From Phycisphaerae bacterium (GTDB lineage: Bacteria; Planctomycetota; Phycisphaerae; SM23-33), in the NCBI GenBank assembly GCA_049510055.1, contig JBEKZI010000002.1:17132-81131 (forward strand): 64,000 bases of DNA, read 5' to 3'. The position numbers were made by a program, and so were the translations under genes. Below the pieces are notes generated by a model. It made no database searches, had not been told where the DNA came from, and worked only from the letters and a program-made list of their open reading frames with translations. Positions 60,089-64,000 of the stretch are shown in pieces. Position 1 is the first letter of the stretch, and each line of letters opens with the position of its first letter.

Positions 60089-60223
60089 AAATCCGCCGGC
60101 CGCCGGCAATACGTTGACATACATGAAAGCACCTGGAAGCATAACTTTCAGGTGAGGTAGCTTTCCAACCATCAAGGCGTGTGGAGCACACACCTAAAGC
60201 GCAGGAAAGGAAGGGGTTTGGCC

Positions 60224-60997
60224 ATGAAACGAATCCTTATTATCAATTTGGTTCTTGGGTTATGCGCTGCGGCGGCGCAGGCCGGGATCATGTGGCCGGT
60301 CTTGACCGGACCGATTACTATCACGATGGAAAAAGTCGGCACCTATACGGTTACAGGTGACACCGGTTCCGTCATTGTCAATGTGTATGACATGACGATG
60401 TCGTGCCGTAATCCCAACACGTTCCAGACCGTCGTGGACTTGACGATTGGGTCAGCTTGCGGCCGCGGTGATGACCCATTCCAGGTAGGCTTGGTGAACA
60501 AGACGAAGGTCGCCGGCAAGTGGGCGTATCCGGTTGCCCTGACCCCCACCGAAGACGACGATGCCACCTTCTTTGACCCCAATGACGGGACCAACCAGTA
60601 CCAAGCCGACTCGCGGTTCATGCCCTCCAGCGCCGATGCCAACGATCCGTGTGACGGCATCGAGAACTGGCTGGCCATCCAACGGCCGACCGAGACGAAC
60701 GATGGGTCTATCGAGCCGAACACCGCTGTCCCGTATGCCTCCGTCCTGGGCAAGGGCAGCATGGAGGTGATCGCCGCGATTCCGGTGGTGATGCAGAGCC
60801 CTAATCTAAAGCTGAAGGTCGCCCGGATTGGTATCGTGCAGGGAGACATGGTCTATTTCGAAGACCAGTCTGCTTACTATGACGGCATCGCAGACCGGTC
60901 CGATATTCCGGTGTTTCTCTGTGCTCCTGAACCGGCCACGCTGGCCTTCCTGGGCCTGGGCGCCGTGACATTGCTTCGTCGCCGCCGCGGCCGCTGA
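60224..60997 (+). CDS. PEP-CTERM sorting-domain protein, paralog family A (copy 4)
   Basis: The ATG at 60224 (MKRILIINLVLGLCAAAAQA) lies within the ORF 60179..60997. C-terminus is APEPATLAFLGLGAVTLLRRRRGR. Confidence 0.85.
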   Translation: MKRILIINLVLGLCAAAAQAGIMWPVLTGPITITMEKVGTYTVTGDTGSVIVNVYDMTMSCRNPNTFQTVVDLTIGSACGRGDDPFQVGLVNKTKVAGKWAYPVALTPTEDDDATFFDPNDGTNQYQADSRFMPSSADANDPCDGIENWLAIQRPTETNDGSIEPNTAVPYASVLGKGSMEVIAAIPVVMQSPNLKLKVARIGIVQGDMVYFEDQSAYYDGIADRSDIPVFLCAPEPATLAFLGLGAVTLLRRRRGR

Positions 60998-61132
60998 GAA
61001 TCCGCCGGCCGCCGGCAATACGTTGACATGCGCGAAAACACCTGAAAGCGTAACTTTCAGGTGAGGTAGCTTTCCAACCATCAAGGGGTGTGGAGCACAC
61101 ACCTAAACCCCACCAGAGGAAGGAGTTGTATC

Positions 61133-61900
61133 ATGAAACGAATCCTTATTATCAATTTGGTTCTTGGGTTATGCGCCGTGGCGGCACAAGCCGGGATCAC
61201 GTGGAATGTCTTGACCGGGCCGATTAATATCACGATGGAAAAAGTCGGCACCTATACGGTCACGGGGGACAGCGGTTCCGCCATTGTCAATGTGTACGAC
61301 ATGACGATGTGGTGCCGTGATCCCAACACGGTCGAGACGGTCGTGGCCTTAACGATTGGGTCGGCCACGGGCGCGGGTAGTGATCCGTTCCAGGCTGCCT
61401 CGGTGTACAAAGCAGGTAGCAAGTATCATATCGGGTTAACTCCCGTGGAAAGTGCTGACGAGACATTTTTGGATCCGTGCGACGGGAGCAATGCCTACCA
61501 GGCCGATTCCCGCTTCATGCCCTCCGGTGAGTATACCGATCCCAACGATCCGTGTGACGGCATCGAGAACTGGATGAACCTTCGAGTGCCGACCGAGACG
61601 AACGATGGGTCTATCGACCCCAACCAGAATGTGGACGGTGACATGATGCTGGGTAAGGGCGGTATGGAGGTGCTCGTCGCGATTCCGCTGGCAATGCAGA
61701 GCCCTAATCTAAAGCTAAAGATCGCCCGGATTGGTATCGTGCAGGGAGACATGGTCTATTTCCAAGACCAGTCTGCTTACTATGACGGCATACGTGACTT
61801 GAGCGAGTACACAGCGCCGATTCTTGTTCCCGAACCGGCGACGCTGGCCTTCCTAAGCCTGGGCGCCGTGACATTGCTTCGTCGCCGCCGCGGCCGCTGA
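61133..61900 (+). CDS. PEP-CTERM sorting-domain protein, paralog family A (copy 5, most diverged)
   Basis: ATG at 61133 (MKRILIINLVLGLCAVAAQA). The central region is diverged (AASVYKAGSKYHIGLTPVESADETF). C-terminus is VPEPATLAFLSLGAVTLLRRRRGR. Confidence 0.85.
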   Translation: MKRILIINLVLGLCAVAAQAGITWNVLTGPINITMEKVGTYTVTGDSGSAIVNVYDMTMWCRDPNTVETVVALTIGSATGAGSDPFQAASVYKAGSKYHIGLTPVESADETFLDPCDGSNAYQADSRFMPSGEYTDPNDPCDGIENWMNLRVPTETNDGSIDPNQNVDGDMMLGKGGMEVLVAIPLAMQSPNLKLKIARIGIVQGDMVYFQDQSAYYDGIRDLSEYTAPILVPEPATLAFLSLGAVTLLRRRRGR

Positions 61901-61940
61901 AAATCCGCCGGCCGCCGGCAGCAAGTTAACGCACACAAAG

Positions 61941-61981
61941 GCACCTGGAAGCTTGACTTTCAGGTGCCTTTGATGTAATAT
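61941..61981 (+). promoter_or_regulatory. intergenic module: palindrome GCACCTGGAAG-CTTGAC-TTTCAGGTGC overlapping a near-consensus promoter (TTGACT-N17-TAATAT)
   Basis: A 9-10 bp inverted repeat (GCACCTGAA / TTCAGGTGC) brackets the -35 hexamer. The same module, with variations, recurs upstream of copies 4, 5, 6 and 7. Confidence 0.55.
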
Positions 61982-62037
61982 CCCTGCATATCAGGAGGGG
62001 GTGCTCCCCCCTAAAAAGAGAGGAAAGGGGTCGTGTC

Positions 62038-62793
62038 ATGAAAAGAATCCTTATTATGAGTTTGGTTCTTGTGTTATGCGCCGCGGCCGCGCAGGCTGGT
62101 TTGGTTTATACGGTTAATTATATCGGTGCCTATACGGTTACGGGTGATACCGGCTCGGCCCTCGTCGATGTATGGGACATCTATTCGTCGAGCCCTAATT
62201 CAAACACGTTCCAGACCACCGTGGACTGGACGTTTGGGACGGCCATAGGCGCCGGCGGCAATGACCCGTTCCAGGCTGCCTATACCACCAAGACGAAGGT
62301 CGGAGGCAAGTGGACGTATCCAGTGAACCTGACCCCCACGGAAGACTCTGACTCGTACTGGGATCCGTGCGATGGTAGCCACATCTATCAGACCGATTCC
62401 CGGTTTATGCCCTCCAGTTCCAATCCCAGCGACCCGTGCGGCGGCATCGAGAACTGGCTGGCCATCCAAGCCCCGACCGAGACGAACGATCGGTCTATTG
62501 ATTCCAATGAAGCCGTTGCCGATGACATTGTCCTGGGCAAGGGCGGCCTGAGCACGATCTCCGCGATTCCTGTGCCGATGCAGAGTCCTTCTCTGTACTT
62601 GCTCGTTGCCCGGATCGGCGTCGTGCGAGGAGACATGGTCGGGTGCTTGGACCTGAGCGCGTGGTATGACGGCATTGCCGACCGGTCGGATGATAACTTC
62701 TTTTGGTTATCTTATCCTGGACCTGAACCGACGACGCTGACCTTCCTGGGTCTGGGCGCCATAACATTGCTTCGCCGCCGGCGCGGCCGCTGA
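62038..62793 (+). CDS. PEP-CTERM sorting-domain protein, paralog family A (copy 6)
   Basis: MKRILIMSLVLVLCAAAAQA...GPEPTTLTFLGLGAITLLRRRRGR. Confidence 0.85.
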   Translation: MKRILIMSLVLVLCAAAAQAGLVYTVNYIGAYTVTGDTGSALVDVWDIYSSSPNSNTFQTTVDWTFGTAIGAGGNDPFQAAYTTKTKVGGKWTYPVNLTPTEDSDSYWDPCDGSHIYQTDSRFMPSSSNPSDPCGGIENWLAIQAPTETNDRSIDSNEAVADDIVLGKGGLSTISAIPVPMQSPSLYLLVARIGVVRGDMVGCLDLSAWYDGIADRSDDNFFWLSYPGPEPTTLTFLGLGAITLLRRRRGR

Positions 62794-62935
62794 AAATCAG
62801 TCGGCCGCCGGCAATACGTTGACATGCACGAAAGCACCTGAAAGCTTGACCTTCAGGTGCTTTCGTGATATAGCGCCCTTCATCTAAAGGCGCGGAGCAC
62901 ACATCTAAAAGCGCCAGGAAGGGAAGGGTTGGACC

Positions 62936-63703
62936 ATGAAACAAATCCTTATTATCAATTTGGTTCTTGGGTTATGCGCCGTGACAGCACAGGCCGCGCC
63001 CAGGCCGATCATGCCCGGACCGCTGAATATCTCGTTGGAAAAAGTCGGTACGTACACGGTGACGGGTGATACCGGCACGGCCAATGTGGATGTGTACGAT
63101 ATCATCATGTCGAGCCCCAATTTCAACACGTTCCAGACGACCGTAGACCTGACGATTGGAGCAGCCACGGGCCAGGGCTCCGACCCGTTCCAGGCTGCCT
63201 ATACCACCAAGACGAAGTACGGTGGCAAGTGGACGTATCCGGTTAACCTGACCCCCACGGAAGACGACGACGGGTATTGGGATCCGAACGATGGCAGCAA
63301 CATCTACCAGGCCGATTCTCGGTTCCTGCCCTCCAACGCGGATGCCAACGATCCATGCGGCGGCATCGAGAACTGGCTGGCCATCCAAACGCCGACCGAG
63401 ACGAACGATGGGTCCATCGAGCCGAACACCGCTGTCTCATATGCCTCCGTCCTGGGCAAGGGCAGCATGGAGGTGATCGCCGTGATTCCGGCACCGATGC
63501 GGAGCCCCTCTTTGCAGCTGCTCGTTGCCAGGATCGGCGTCGTGGCGGGAGACACGGTTTGGGGCCTGGACCAGTCGGCGTGGTATGACGGCGTGGCAGA
63601 CCAGAGCGATAGGGAGCTGTTTCTGATTCCCGAACCGGCGACGCTGGCCTTCCTGGGCCCGGGCGCCGTGACGCTGCTTACCCGCCGCCGGCACGGCCGC
63701 TGA
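62936..63703 (+). CDS. PEP-CTERM sorting-domain protein, paralog family A (copy 7)
   Basis: MKQILIINLVLGLCAVTAQA...IPEPATLAFLGPGAVTLLTRRRHGR. Confidence 0.85.
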   Translation: MKQILIINLVLGLCAVTAQAAPRPIMPGPLNISLEKVGTYTVTGDTGTANVDVYDIIMSSPNFNTFQTTVDLTIGAATGQGSDPFQAAYTTKTKYGGKWTYPVNLTPTEDDDGYWDPNDGSNIYQADSRFLPSNADANDPCGGIENWLAIQTPTETNDGSIEPNTAVSYASVLGKGSMEVIAVIPAPMRSPSLQLLVARIGVVAGDTVWGLDQSAWYDGVADQSDRELFLIPEPATLAFLGPGAVTLLTRRRHGR

Positions 63704-63770
63704 AAATCAGTCGGGGGCGAAGGGGGAATGCTCTACCTGGGGTCCGCCCTTGCGCACCGCCGGTGGCGGT

Positions 63771-64000
63771 CTAGGCCTGGGCGTATTTCTCCGGTGGGGC
63801 GAACAGGAACATTGCGACCATCAGCGCCCCGACCGCCAGCAACAGCAGGCCGCGGCGCGTCGAAAGGCGCTGAATCTTGGCGGCGGCGATGATTTCCCAG
63901 CCGGCGGGGGGCTCGGGGCGCGGATAGCGGACGGGAATCACCACGTCGGGCGGCGGCCGGGTGGCCCCGGCCGGCGGGACGATCACCTCGTTGTCGGGCA
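63771..64000 (-). CDS. hypothetical membrane-anchored protein (5' end probably beyond window)
   Basis: The reading frame stays open to the window edge. The C-terminal part has a TM helix (LLLLAVGALMVAMFLFA) and a Pro-rich region. Support is weak. Confidence 0.25.
   Translation of the reverse strand, partial: PDNEVIVPPAGATRPPPDVVIPVRYPRPEPPAGWEIIAAAKIQRLSTRRGLLLLAVGALMVAMFLFAPPEKYAQA

Noticed and set aside
55645-63703. CRISPR array as an explanation for the regular repeats
   Set aside because: The repeat period is about 900 bp and each unit is a protein-coding paralog plus its promoter. There are no short 25-40 bp direct repeats with unique spacers and no cas genes.

Overview
This is a high-GC (about 65-70%) bacterial chromosomal window whose gene content points to the PVC superphylum, most likely Planctomycetota. 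The pointers are a DUF1559 H-X9-DG prepilin-like protein, many PEP-CTERM proteins, and a 16S rRNA gene that is not linked to a 23S gene. From position 1 to about 47 kb the window is mostly housekeeping genes: an MlaF/MlaD-like pair followed by an MMPL transporter; zwf-pgl; rpoN; a 4.5S SRP RNA upstream of dnaX-ybaB-recR; a GH35 beta-galactosidase; a dipeptide/oligopeptide ABC transporter operon (dppABCDF-like); rsgA; nfo; archease-rtcB; tRNA-Phe; tsaD; larB; nnr; a btuFCD-like ABC transporter; ribF; and nrnA. Several small low-GC islets interrupt this block. They carry a superinfection-immunity-like gene, an AbiJ/HEPN-like gene flanked by 30-bp direct repeats with a chimeric remnant ORF, and some orphan hypothetical genes. 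From about 55.6 kb to 63.7 kb there is a tandem array of seven roughly 250-aa PEP-CTERM paralogs. Two dockerin-like PEP-CTERM proteins and a PilZ-domain protein are associated with the array. The intergenic spacers between array members are conserved modules containing a sigma70-like promoter, a palindrome over the -35 element, and a GGA-loop hairpin in the leader. No CRISPR array or 23S/5S rRNA gene is present. All coordinates and calls come from reading the sequence and the six-frame track; no database searches were run.
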